A stretch of DNA of 32,000 nt from PVC group bacterium (lineage in GTDB: Bacteria; GCA-001730085; JADFSZ01): assembly GCA_022560555.1 (NCBI GenBank), contig JADFSZ010000001.1, positions 1-32,000 of the forward strand. The letters are read 5' to 3'. Under the pieces are notes generated by a model. It was not told the DNA's origin. It did not search any database and saw nothing but the letters and a program-made list of their open reading frames with translations. Position 1 is the first letter of the stretch. The number at the start of each line of letters is the position of its first letter. A program made the translations under genes and the position numbers. Below are positions 1 to 8,355 of this stretch, one piece after another.

Positions 1-37
1 ATACCGTATAACCGGAAGCTCATCTGTTAAGCATATA

Positions 38-66
38 TTGCTTTTTTTCCGGTTTTTGAGTATTAT
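38..66 (+). promoter_or_regulatory. putative sigma70-type promoter upstream of tRNA-Ala
   Basis: TTGCTT (38-43), 17-nt spacer, TATTAT (61-66); lies about 35 nt upstream of the tRNA 5' end. Confidence 0.35.
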
Positions 67-100
67 AACCCCTCTATTATCAACAAGGTATTGATTTTGT

Positions 101-173
101 GGGGCTGTGGTGCAGTTGGGAGCACATCTGCATGGCATGCAGGAGGTCAGGGGTTCGACTCCCCTCAGCTCCA
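101..173 (+). tRNA. tRNA-Ala (anticodon GGC)
   Basis: Hand-folded cloverleaf. 7-bp acceptor stem with the G3:U70 alanine identity pair. D stem GTGC/GCAC. Anticodon stem TCTGC/GCAGG with loop A-T-GGC-A-T. T arm AGGGG-TTCGACT-CCCCT. Discriminator A73. CCA is not encoded. Confidence 0.93.
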
Positions 174-258
174 TTTATTCTAACCATTGTGGACACACGT
201 GTTAACGTAAGCGCCTCATTATAGACGCTTATCGGCCTTAATCAAGAGAAATCAAACC

Positions 259-1671
259 ATGAATGTCACTCGCCCAAACTCGTTAGGCTTTATCTTTATA
301 CTTGTCATCTTTCTGATAGCTATAATGGCGCCTTATTCGCAGACTGAGGAAGAGAATATTGTTGTGATTTGCCCTATCAATGGAGAAATCAATAAAGGAA
401 TGGCCTACTTCATTCATCGGGCCCTTGAGGAAGCCAAATCTAAAAATGCTAAACTGATCATCTTTGAAATTGATACGAACGGAGGCCGGCTTGATGCAAC
501 GGAAGAGATCATGCAGATGCTTCTCTCCTCCTCCATCCCAACGGCAAGTTTTATTAACAATAAGGCCTTTTCGGCCGGAGCTTTTATCGCGGTTGCAACC
601 GACAAAATTTATATGTCTCCGGCAAGCGTTATCGGCGCGGCAACACCTGTTTCGGTCTCATCGACCGGAAGTCCTCAAGAAACATCCAGTTCTTTTGAAG
701 AAAAAATCACATCCGGAACAAAAGCCCTCATAAAAACGGCAGCTCAACACAATGGACATCCGGATGACATCGTATCTGCCATGGTTGACAGGGATATCAA
801 AATCAGGGGAGTCATCGAGCAAGGGAAACTTCTCACTCTCACAAATATCGAAGCGGAATCAAAGAAAATTCAATTGTCATTGGGAACCGTCAAAAACATC
901 GATGAATTACTCGAAAGAGAAAATATGTCGGATTACACAGTCGAAGAAATTATTCCGTCATGGTCCGAGGGTCTCGCCCTTCTCATAACGAACTCAGGCG
1001 TTTCGGGTGTTCTTATGATGATTGGCATGATGAGCATTTACCTCGAATTTAAAACCCCCGGTTGGGGGCTCGGAGGCACGTTGGCTCTGATATGTTTTGC
1101 GCTGTTTTTCTGGGGACACCGTATCGCGGGATTAGCCGGCATGGAGGATCTTCTTCTTTTTGGCATTGGCGCGATCCTCTTAGCTATTGAAATATTTTTT
1201 ATCCCCGGATTTGGATACGCGGGCATCCTTGGTCTAATCTGCGTCTTTATCTCCCTCGTCTTGGCCATGATTCGAAGACCCATTTTTATCCCCCAAGGTG
1301 AATCTTTTTGGCCGACTCAAATGCCGAATTTAGCCGGCCCGTCACTCTCGCTTTCTATCGCTGTTATCGGCTCCGCGGCGGGAATCGTTATGCTCTCAAA
1401 GTATCTTCCCCGAACAAAATTATGGTCCAGCTTTGCCCTGCTTAAGGAACAAAGAAAAGATCTGGGCTATTCAACAGCGATCAAGGATTTTAAAAACCTG
1501 CATATCGGCCAAGCGGGGCAAACATTGACAATTTTACGGCCCTCTGGTAAGGTCCAGATTAATGATAAGCAGTACGATGTTCTTACAGAAGATGTGTTCA
1601 TCGAAAAAGACACCCGTGTCAAAATCATCCGCATCGATGGAAACACAATTTTCGTAGAAAAGCTCAGTTAA
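259..1671 (+). CDS. NfeD-family membrane-bound serine protease (long form: ClpP-like domain, multi-TM region, C-terminal OB-fold NfeD domain)
   Basis: N-terminal anchor, then a ClpP/SppA-like region (IIFEIDTNGGRLDA, AFSAGAFIA). Central hydrophobic block. C-terminal motif LRPSGKVQINDKQYDV...V.I..IDGN typical of the NfeD OB domain. Sits in an operon with floA. Confidence 0.85.
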   Translation: MNVTRPNSLGFIFILVIFLIAIMAPYSQTEEENIVVICPINGEINKGMAYFIHRALEEAKSKNAKLIIFEIDTNGGRLDATEEIMQMLLSSSIPTASFINNKAFSAGAFIAVATDKIYMSPASVIGAATPVSVSSTGSPQETSSSFEEKITSGTKALIKTAAQHNGHPDDIVSAMVDRDIKIRGVIEQGKLLTLTNIEAESKKIQLSLGTVKNIDELLERENMSDYTVEEIIPSWSEGLALLITNSGVSGVLMMIGMMSIYLEFKTPGWGLGGTLALICFALFFWGHRIAGLAGMEDLLLFGIGAILLAIEIFFIPGFGYAGILGLICVFISLVLAMIRRPIFIPQGESFWPTQMPNLAGPSLSLSIAVIGSAAGIVMLSKYLPRTKLWSSFALLKEQRKDLGYSTAIKDFKNLHIGQAGQTLTILRPSGKVQINDKQYDVLTEDVFIEKDTRVKIIRIDGNTIFVEKLS

Positions 1672-1672
1672 A

Positions 1673-2158
1673 ATGGCACTTTCCACGCTTCATATCATTT
1701 TGTTTTACGTGATCGGGCTTGTCTTGATTTACCTCGAGATTTATCTGCCCGGAGGCATACTGGGAATTTTGGGGACCATTTCTATACTGGCCAGTATGGG
1801 AGGCACGTTTCAAAATTTTGGACCTGAGAAAGGCTTGCTTTTCACTATTATCGAACTCATTGGATGTATTTTCTTTCTCATCATCGGGATCAAATTTCTT
1901 CCTCGGACAAAAGCCGGAAAAAGGCTGATTTTAAGTGCATCTATGTCCACGGATGAAGGCTACACGTCGGTCAACACGGCGCTCGAAAATTTGACCGGCA
2001 AAATCGGGGTAACGGTGACGCATTTAAGACCGGCCGGCGTCGTTAAAATCGACAAACACCGTTACGACGTTGTCACTCAGGGTGAATACATTGAAAATGA
2101 GGCCCCCATCAAAGTGATTCAAGTTGAAGGCAATCGTGTGGTCGTTAAGGCCATCTAA
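1673..2158 (+). CDS. NfeD-family protein, short form (TM helices + OB-fold domain)
   Basis: ATG lies 1 nt after the upstream stop. Two or three TM helices, then LRPAGVVKIDKHRYDVVTQGEYIE...VIQVEGNRVVV, paralogous to the C-terminus of the upstream gene. Confidence 0.8.
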   Translation: MALSTLHIILFYVIGLVLIYLEIYLPGGILGILGTISILASMGGTFQNFGPEKGLLFTIIELIGCIFFLIIGIKFLPRTKAGKRLILSASMSTDEGYTSVNTALENLTGKIGVTVTHLRPAGVVKIDKHRYDVVTQGEYIENEAPIKVIQVEGNRVVVKAI

Positions 2159-2237
2159 AGATGGCCTAGTTCGTAGTTGGGAGTAAAAATCTCCGAACCC
2201 CGAACTCTTAACTCTAAACTCTTAAAAGGAGCTCATC

Positions 2238-3254
2238 ATGCCCGTGTTATTTATTTTACTCGCCATCCTGATCGTTATGGGAATCATCTTTTTAAAATTC
2301 TTCAAGCTCTGGCTGCAAGCCTTACTCTCCAACGCACCCGTGGCTTTATTCAGCCTTATCGGAATGAGTCTAAGGAAAGTAAACCCAACGATCATCGTAA
2401 ACGCACGTATCACAGCCCTCAAGGCCGGCATACCCGTTGAGACGAATGATCTTGAAGCTCACTACTTGGCGGGCGGAAATGTTATCCGGGTTGTTCAAGC
2501 CCTGATCGTGGCCAACAAAGCCAATATGGAATTGTCCTGGAAACAAGCAACCGCCATCGATCTTGCCGGGCGTGACATTCTCCAAGCCGTTCAAGCCAGC
2601 GTCAAACCAATCGTCATTGACTGCCCCGCTTCCGACAGTCCTAACTCGACGATAGCCGCTGTAGCTATGGATGGCATCCAGATAAAAGCGAAAGCTCGTG
2701 TAACAGTCCGGACGAATTTACAGCGCCTGGTGGGAGGCGCAACAGAAGAAACCATCATCGCCCGTGTCGGTGAAGGGATTGTTTCAACCATTGGAAGTTC
2801 AGAATCATATAAAAAGGTTCTTGAAAATCCGGACCTCATTTCCAAAAATGTCTTATCCAAGGGATTAGACGCCGGAACCGCGTTTGAGATAGTGTCTATC
2901 GACATCGCCGATGTCGATGTCGGAGCCAATATTGGGGCCGACCTGCAAACACAACAGGCAGAAGCCGATAAACGAATCGCACAAGCACGTGCTGAGAGCC
3001 GGCGAGCCATGGCAGTTGCTGAAGAACAGGAAATGATAGCCAGGGCTCAGGAAATGCGCGCGAAGGTCATCGAGGCCGAAGCTCAGATTCCTAAAGCCAT
3101 ATCTCAAGCTTTTATAGACGGAAATCTCGGTGTTATGGACTACTACAATCTCAAGAACATCCAATCTGATACCGGCATGAGAGACTCAATTTCAAAAGGC
3201 ACAAAAAGCGATAAGAAGAAGTCGGATCTTGAAGACGAAGGCAAAACTAAATAG
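2238..3254 (+). CDS. floA: flotillin-like protein FloA (SPFH domain, YqfA family)
   Basis: Near-collinear resemblance to Bacillus FloA/YqfA: [103 protein letters not shown] 6 nt upstream. Confidence 0.92.
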   Translation: MPVLFILLAILIVMGIIFLKFFKLWLQALLSNAPVALFSLIGMSLRKVNPTIIVNARITALKAGIPVETNDLEAHYLAGGNVIRVVQALIVANKANMELSWKQATAIDLAGRDILQAVQASVKPIVIDCPASDSPNSTIAAVAMDGIQIKAKARVTVRTNLQRLVGGATEETIIARVGEGIVSTIGSSESYKKVLENPDLISKNVLSKGLDAGTAFEIVSIDIADVDVGANIGADLQTQQAEADKRIAQARAESRRAMAVAEEQEMIARAQEMRAKVIEAEAQIPKAISQAFIDGNLGVMDYYNLKNIQSDTGMRDSISKGTKSDKKKSDLEDEGKTK

Positions 3255-3448
3255 GAACGGAAATATTATTTGTGACAAGTGAAGCACAAAACAGGCTTCA
3301 TCCTAAGTCTGGAACCCTATAAGGCCAATTTTCCCATGAGCAAAGCTCCTGAAAAAATTGACACAAGCTTTCAGGGTTGCCAATCCAGGATGAACCCGTG
3401 CATGGTTTCAACGTGGGTCTGGAACCTGACAAGCCCGTGCATAATTTT

Positions 3449-3467
3449 AGAAGAGCTTCGCTCTTCT
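3449..3467. terminator. hairpin between convergent floA and lipoprotein genes (possible terminator, non-canonical)
   Basis: AGAAGAGC-TTC-GCTCTTCT perfect 8-bp inverted repeat, 6 nt past the stop of the minus-strand gene. No U-tract follows it in either direction, so confidence is low. Confidence 0.3.
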
Positions 3468-3472
3468 AAACA

Positions 3473-3940
3473 TTAGGCGTTCGAGAAGCGAAGATTATCG
3501 GAAGGCCAGGCCTGTCGATCGGGGCCGAGAAATCCAACAGCCGCTATGGTCCCTTTCTGATCGTTCCCATAGATTACAAGTTGTTTGCCAGAGAAATCAT
3601 TCGTGGTTTTTTTAGAAAGGCCAATGTCATCTGGTAATTTTGGGCCCCGGTAGGCATGATACACATCTTCACCTTCCGATTTTGACGGAGGCCAAAGAGC
3701 CGCGGCATACGCAGTAAATAAGAATTCAATGAAATCCGACGGTCTTTTTTCAGGATAAAGAGATACAAATACTGTCGCCTTAATATTCTTCGGCTCCAAC
3801 ATAGTTTCTACAACTCTGGCCGCCTGTTCAAATTCTGCCTCCCCTCTCCCCTTCTTTTCGCACCCCGAACTTAAGAGAACAAGCACGATCAAGAAAATCA
3901 TGCGAGCAGATCTTAACATCACATTATGAGTCCGATTCAT
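3473..3940 (-). CDS. hypothetical exported protein, probable lipoprotein
   Basis: N-terminal basic region plus hydrophobic helix ending LLSSGC (lipobox-like Cys). No recognisable domain. Start codon uncertain (M1, M8 or M14) and there is no clear SD. Confidence 0.55.
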   Translation of the reverse strand: MNRTHNVMLRSARMIFLIVLVLLSSGCEKKGRGEAEFEQAARVVETMLEPKNIKATVFVSLYPEKRPSDFIEFLFTAYAAALWPPSKSEGEDVYHAYRGPKLPDDIGLSKKTTNDFSGKQLVIYGNDQKGTIAAVGFLGPDRQAWPSDNLRFSNA

Positions 3941-4218
3941 GGATAATATTTTTTGCTTTCCGAAACGCTGGATTCAGCCCGGTTTCTCTCTATGAGTCAA
4001 AGTCCTTATGATATGCGGGGGCCTTCATCGCTTGAACACCCTATTTTGGGTTGCTTGCGACATTATAAAATTTGATTTCATCTATGTCAATTATTATCAC
4101 GTTTGGCCAATTTTTGTCAATATACACAAGATTAAACACTCAAACATATCGATTTACACAAAAAATAGGTCGATTTCATCTCTCGCCTGTTTTAATATTT
4201 CATGAAATTGGAATTTTC

Positions 4219-4247
4219 TTGCTAAATGCGAATTTTTCGAGTATATT
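4219..4247 (+). promoter_or_regulatory. putative sigma70-type promoter for the DUF423/DUF4202/mdh block
   Basis: TTGCTA (4219-4224), 17-nt spacer, TATATT (4242-4247). Confidence 0.4.
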
Positions 4248-4279
4248 CTTGAAAAAATGAACAAAAATGATTACAGACA

Positions 4280-4672
4280 ATGTATCTTTCTAAAATTATG
4301 CAAATTTTCGGCGCTTTCGGAGCCTTTGGAGCTGGCTTAGGTGTAGTCCTGGGAGCTTTTGCCGCGCATGGGCTCAAGGCAAAAATTTCACCTGAACAGC
4401 TCGCTATTTTTGACACCGGTGTCCGCTATCAAATGATTCATTCTTTAGCCCTTATCCTTGTGGTATGTCTTCAGGGGCGTCTAGACGAATTCTGGCTCAA
4501 GGGAGCGGGATTTGGTTTCATCCTGGGAATCCTCATCTTTTCGGGAAGCCTCTACCTTCTCGTATTCACGCATACAAAAACATGGGGGGCTGTCACACCC
4601 ATTGGCGGTATCTTTTTTATTTTAGCCTGGGCCGCGCTTTTTATGGGTTTTGTAAGGACCTCATCGCTATGA
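4280..4672 (+). CDS. DUF423 (YgdD/TMEM256-like) small membrane protein
   Basis: Four predicted TM helices. Signature GAFGAFGAGLGVVLGAFAAHGLK at the N-terminus. An alternative start at 4298 is possible. Confidence 0.8.
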   Translation: MYLSKIMQIFGAFGAFGAGLGVVLGAFAAHGLKAKISPEQLAIFDTGVRYQMIHSLALILVVCLQGRLDEFWLKGAGFGFILGILIFSGSLYLLVFTHTKTWGAVTPIGGIFFILAWAALFMGFVRTSSL

Positions 4673-5271
4673 ACAAACCCCAAGAATCTGTTTGTTTTCA
4701 AAAAGCAATAGCCCTCATTGATGAGGAAAATCAGCTAGATCCCAGACAAGAAATTTTAGAGCAGGGGTCTTTTGGATTTGAGTATCTTTACTCTGATCAT
4801 GTCACTCGTTGGATGTATCGGATCACAGATAATCCCGGAGAAAGTCTTTTACTCGCAGCACGAGCCATCCACATTCGCCGCTGGGAAAAACCTCGAAACA
4901 CATTTCCGATGGATCGAAAGGGTTATCGCCAGTGGCGCAGAACTTTAGCTCTATTTCATGCGGACATAACAAAAGACATCCTCCGGCAAACCGGATACGG
5001 TGAACAAACAATCACAGAGGTCACGGATCTCATCACAAAGAAACACTTCCCCAAACATCCGGACAGCCAAATACTAGAAGATGCTCTAACCCTCGTATTT
5101 TTGGAGACCCAGCTTTCGGACTTTATTCAAAAGACCGATCATGATAAAGTCATTGGTGTCATACAGAAAACGTGGAAAAAAATGTCCGATCAGGCCCACA
5201 CGCTTGCCATGGACATTGCCTATGATCCAAACACAAAAACGATCCTGACAGAAGCGCTCAACAAGGAATAG
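4669..5271 (+). CDS. DUF4202 domain protein
   Basis: [44 protein letters not shown]...[20 protein letters not shown] match the family as I remember it. ATG at 4669 overlaps the upstream stop (ATGA). The track ORF from 4465 is an out-of-frame run through the DUF423 gene. Confidence 0.72.
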   Translation: MNKPQESVCFQKAIALIDEENQLDPRQEILEQGSFGFEYLYSDHVTRWMYRITDNPGESLLLAARAIHIRRWEKPRNTFPMDRKGYRQWRRTLALFHADITKDILRQTGYGEQTITEVTDLITKKHFPKHPDSQILEDALTLVFLETQLSDFIQKTDHDKVIGVIQKTWKKMSDQAHTLAMDIAYDPNTKTILTEALNKE

Positions 5272-5279
5272 TCAAGAAA

Positions 5280-6272
5280 ATGGAAAATGGACTTATACGT
5301 ATTCGTGTTGCCGTTACGGGAGCCGCGGGGCACATCGGGTATGCGCTTCTTTTTCGTATCGCGTCCGGCGCCATGTTCGGTCCTAAAACCGAGATTGATT
5401 TAAACCTACTGGAATTGCCGAATGTTCTATCGGCTTTAGAGGGCGTTCAAATGGAGCTGGATGACTGCGCTCTGCCCCTGCTTCGTTCCGTGACAGTCAC
5501 GGCTGATGAAAATATTGCTTTTAAGGATTGCGATTGGGCCTTACTCATCGGATCTGTTCCCAGAAAAGCCGGTATGGAAAGAAAAGATCTTCTCTCTATC
5601 AACGGAAAAATTTTTATCGGCCAAGGCAAGGCTCTGGATCGATTTGCCAAGCCGACATGCAAAGTACTCGTTGTCGGAAATCCTTGTAACACTAACGCCT
5701 GGATCCTAAAAAGCGTTATGAAAACAATTCCCGCAACCAATGTTTTTGCGATGACGATGCTGGATCAAAACCGGGCTAAATTTCAATTGGCTCTCAAAGC
5801 CGGCGTTCATCCCCATGATGTCACGCACATGGCCATTTGGGGCAATCATTCGAGCACACAGTTTCCGGATTTTTATCATGCTCGTATTTCCTTAAACCCC
5901 GTAACGGACGTGATTGGAGATCTAACATGGCTCCAAAATGATTTTATTAAGACCGTACAGCAGCGCGGGACGGCCATTATAAAAGCGCGAGGAACCTCTT
6001 CAGCCGCATCCGCGGCCAATGCTGTTGTTGATACCGTCAAAAATCTGATCACCCCCACACCGGAAGGGCACTTTTTTTCTGTAGCCGTTTCTTCCGACGG
6101 CAGTTACTCTACACCTGTTGGCCTGATGGTTGGTTTTCCTGTACGTATGTCGGGATCTAACTGGGAAATCGTTCAAAATATCGAGCATAATGAATTTGCA
6201 AAGAAAAAGATCAGTTTGACCATTACGGAGCTTGAAGAAGAAAGAGATGCCGTTAAGGATCTCATTAGCTAA
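5280..6272 (+). CDS. mdh: malate dehydrogenase (cytosolic/Thermus-type, LDH/MDH family)
   Basis: [21 protein letters not shown] Rossmann motif, [46 protein letters not shown]. Confidence 0.92.
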   Translation: MENGLIRIRVAVTGAAGHIGYALLFRIASGAMFGPKTEIDLNLLELPNVLSALEGVQMELDDCALPLLRSVTVTADENIAFKDCDWALLIGSVPRKAGMERKDLLSINGKIFIGQGKALDRFAKPTCKVLVVGNPCNTNAWILKSVMKTIPATNVFAMTMLDQNRAKFQLALKAGVHPHDVTHMAIWGNHSSTQFPDFYHARISLNPVTDVIGDLTWLQNDFIKTVQQRGTAIIKARGTSSAASAANAVVDTVKNLITPTPEGHFFSVAVSSDGSYSTPVGLMVGFPVRMSGSNWEIVQNIEHNEFAKKKISLTITELEEERDAVKDLIS

Positions 6273-6379
6273 ATCTTAATTGTTATTTGAATGTTGGATT
6301 TTTCATATGCGTTTTATTATCAGTTTTTTTGGTTTTACCATTTGTCACTTGTCATTCGGATTTTGTCATTTTTAATATC

Positions 6380-7054
6380 ATGCCTTTATATCAGCTCAAT
6401 AAATCCGTATACCTCCTCTCCCCCCATACAGAGGAATTTATCCAGGGGCTTTCTTCAAACACGATCCACACCCCTCACAATGCTTTTCTTGATATTCACG
6501 GAAAAATCGTTGTGACCTTTGGGCAAATTCTAAGGGACGCCGATCATCTACTGTTTGCGATCGAGAAATCCTTTGAAGAGAAACTTCAAAATCATTTAAA
6601 ACCTTTTCTTGATTTGTCAGATACAGAACTCACGGCAGAGCCTTGGTTCACTTATTTTGATCTTGAAGGAAAATCCCCTTTAGAAGACGGAGATTTAAGC
6701 ATCCCCGAGAAAGAAGGACGCATGATACTGTCCAAAAACAAAAAAGATGCGGGAATATCTCAAGATGAGTTCACGCTTTGGCGCGTTAAAAACAACATCC
6801 CCATGCAAGGGATAGATTACCACCATGAGATGCTTCTCAATGTGGATGATGTTACTTATGTATCATTCACGAAGGGATGTTTTCTAGGCCAAGAAATCAT
6901 CTCCCGCGTTCACAACAAATCCCGTCCACCGAGTAAGCTCGTCGTGAAATACCTAGAAGAATGCACACCCGAAGAGGCTGTAAAGTTAACATCCCGCGTC
7001 AAAGACCCTGATACAAGTAAAGAGATGGGGTTTGTGTTTGTGAAAAATAAATAA
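6380..7054 (+). CDS. YgfZ/GcvT-like folate-binding protein (compact form)
   Basis: C-terminal signature FTKGCFLGQEIISRV (K-G-C-[YF]-x-G-Q-E) of YgfZ/aminomethyltransferase-like proteins. Start moved to the ATG at 6380, because the 31 upstream codons are a low-complexity T-rich run. Confidence 0.62.
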   Translation: MPLYQLNKSVYLLSPHTEEFIQGLSSNTIHTPHNAFLDIHGKIVVTFGQILRDADHLLFAIEKSFEEKLQNHLKPFLDLSDTELTAEPWFTYFDLEGKSPLEDGDLSIPEKEGRMILSKNKKDAGISQDEFTLWRVKNNIPMQGIDYHHEMLLNVDDVTYVSFTKGCFLGQEIISRVHNKSRPPSKLVVKYLEECTPEEAVKLTSRVKDPDTSKEMGFVFVKNK

Positions 7055-7061
7055 CCCGGAT

Positions 7062-7673
7062 CTACCGAAGGAATGGATTAGTCTTTTTCTGATGTGCCAA
7101 TGTGTCGTACGGCAAGGAATGGTAGTTATGACCCGGATAAATTATCGTTTCGTCGGGTAAGGGAAAGATTTTACTCCGAATGGATTTCAAAAGTGTATCC
7201 TGATCTCCCCCGGGTAAATCCACACGGCCGCAGGAATCAATGAACAAGGTGTCACCGGCTAAAAGATGTCCGGGTGTGTAAAAACAGATACCGCCCGGTG
7301 TATGTCCCGGTGTATGAAGACATGTCACTGAAATAGCCCCAATAGTAATCGTGTCTTGGTCTCGCAGGTTTTTAAGTTCCTTAATGTTGGGTCGGTAATA
7401 CGGGGCCTCTTCTTGAGAAAGATAAACCGGAACAGGAAAGTATTCTAAAATCTGCTCCAACGCATCGATATGATCCGGATGTCCATGTGTGAGTAAAATC
7501 TTTGTAATATTGAGTCCCAAACGTTCGGCTTCAAGCCGAATCGCGGGGGCCTCCCAACCCGCATCGACCAAAGCCGCTTCTTTAGAGGAATCATCTCCAA
7601 GAAAATAGAGAAAATTCTGCATGGGACCCAGTTCCATTTGGTGAATCAACACCCCGTTTGTTTTTTCTGTCAC
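7062..7673 (-). CDS. MBL-fold metallo-hydrolase (glyoxalase II-like)
   Basis: THGHPDH metal-binding motif, later HTPGHTPG and D..GR.D. GTG start with a GGAG close upstream. Confidence 0.85.
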   Translation of the reverse strand: MTEKTNGVLIHQMELGPMQNFLYFLGDDSSKEAALVDAGWEAPAIRLEAERLGLNITKILLTHGHPDHIDALEQILEYFPVPVYLSQEEAPYYRPNIKELKNLRDQDTITIGAISVTCLHTPGHTPGGICFYTPGHLLAGDTLFIDSCGRVDLPGGDQDTLLKSIRSKIFPLPDETIIYPGHNYHSLPYDTLAHQKKTNPFLR

Positions 7674-7703
7674 GATCTCCCTTTTAATGTATGATTCAGT
7701 ATC

Positions 7704-7731
7704 ATTATAAATTAAAATCGGAGTAAATCAA
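7704..7731 (-). promoter_or_regulatory. putative sigma70-type promoter for the MBL-fold hydrolase gene
   Basis: Minus strand reads TTGATT, 16-nt spacer, TATAAT (plus-strand AATCAA 7726-7731 and ATTATA 7704-7709). Confidence 0.4.
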
Positions 7732-7736
7732 TCGGC

Positions 7737-7764
7737 TTGACAGGCCCATTCTCCAATCTATAAT
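7737..7764 (+). promoter_or_regulatory. putative sigma70 promoter with perfect consensus hexamers for the thioredoxin-fold/FIST operon
   Basis: TTGACA (7737-7742), 16-nt spacer, TATAAT (7759-7764). Confidence 0.5.
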
Positions 7765-7800
7765 GACCCTTTAACCCATGATTTGCATTGGACGGATTTG

Positions 7801-8352
7801 ATGTCTCTCTTAGAATCACTCCAGATTCCCTTAGGAACGCATATTACCCCATTTATCCTCAAAGATCCGGAGGGAACGGTACATACAAGTGATCGGCTCT
7901 TTGGAAGCAAAGGGCTTCTTGTCGCGTTTACCTGTAATCATTGCCCTTATGCTGTTGCCGTATGGCCCCGATTTATCAGGCTGTCCCACGGGGCCAAAGA
8001 ACTTTGTATCAACACAGTCGCGATCAATCCTAATATTCATCCAAATTACCCCGAGGACGCTCCCGAAAAAATGACGCAAAAAATTAAAGAATGGCGGATC
8101 CCTTTTCCTTATTTAGTCGATGAATCCCAAGAAGTGGCACGAACCTTTAAGGCCCAATGCACGCCGGATATCTATCTTTTTAATTCACACAAAAAACTTG
8201 TATATCACGGCCGTATCGATGACAGCTGGAAAGATGAATCCCTGGTCAAGCAAGAAGAATTAAAAACCGCTATCACCCAATTAGCGAACGAAGAGAAAAT
8301 TTCCTCCAAACAATTCCCTTCTATGGGCTGCTCGATCAAATGGAGGAATTAA
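7801..8352 (+). CDS. thioredoxin-fold protein (AhpC/TSA/TlpA-like, cytoplasmic)
   Basis: FTCNHCPYAV redox motif, INPN....YPEDAPEKM, FPYLVDESQEVAR.F.A.CTPD.YLF. No signal peptide. First ATG is at 7801; the track start at 7783 is a TTG. Confidence 0.8.
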   Translation: MSLLESLQIPLGTHITPFILKDPEGTVHTSDRLFGSKGLLVAFTCNHCPYAVAVWPRFIRLSHGAKELCINTVAINPNIHPNYPEDAPEKMTQKIKEWRIPFPYLVDESQEVARTFKAQCTPDIYLFNSHKKLVYHGRIDDSWKDESLVKQEELKTAITQLANEEKISSKQFPSMGCSIKWRN

Positions 8353-8355
8353 AAC

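Noticed and set aside
1-260. tRNA-Ala as an integration hotspot for a mobile or defence island
   Set aside because: No integrase, direct repeat of the tRNA 3' end, or compositional break follows it. The downstream genes are a conserved nfeD-floA housekeeping operon.
3380-3450. SRP (4.5S) RNA-like GTCAGGTTCC on the minus strand
   Set aside because: There is no GGAAGCAGC-type helix 8 partner, no GNRA tetraloop context, and no extended hairpin that can be drawn.
3995-4020. RNase P-like words: AAAGTCC at ~4007, and AGAAACCGGGCTGA on the minus strand at ~3975-3990
   Set aside because: The two words are on opposite strands and in the wrong order. The surrounding 300 nt are AT-rich with none of the P1-P4 helices. 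This is not RNase P RNA.
4008-4260. Two overlapping small ORFs (65 and 62 aa) in the AT-rich spacer
   Set aside because: Their composition is driven by AT-rich DNA (I/F/N/K-rich). They lack an SD, they overlap each other, and they overlap the predicted promoter. They are not credible as genes.
4465-4668. Upstream extensions of track ORFs: 4465, 6287, 7783, 12003, 14128, 15880, 17232, 29592 and 30112
   Set aside because: The extensions run through upstream genes or intergenic promoters, and several start with TTG or lack an SD. Family-typical N-termini begin at the internal ATGs used in the feature table.
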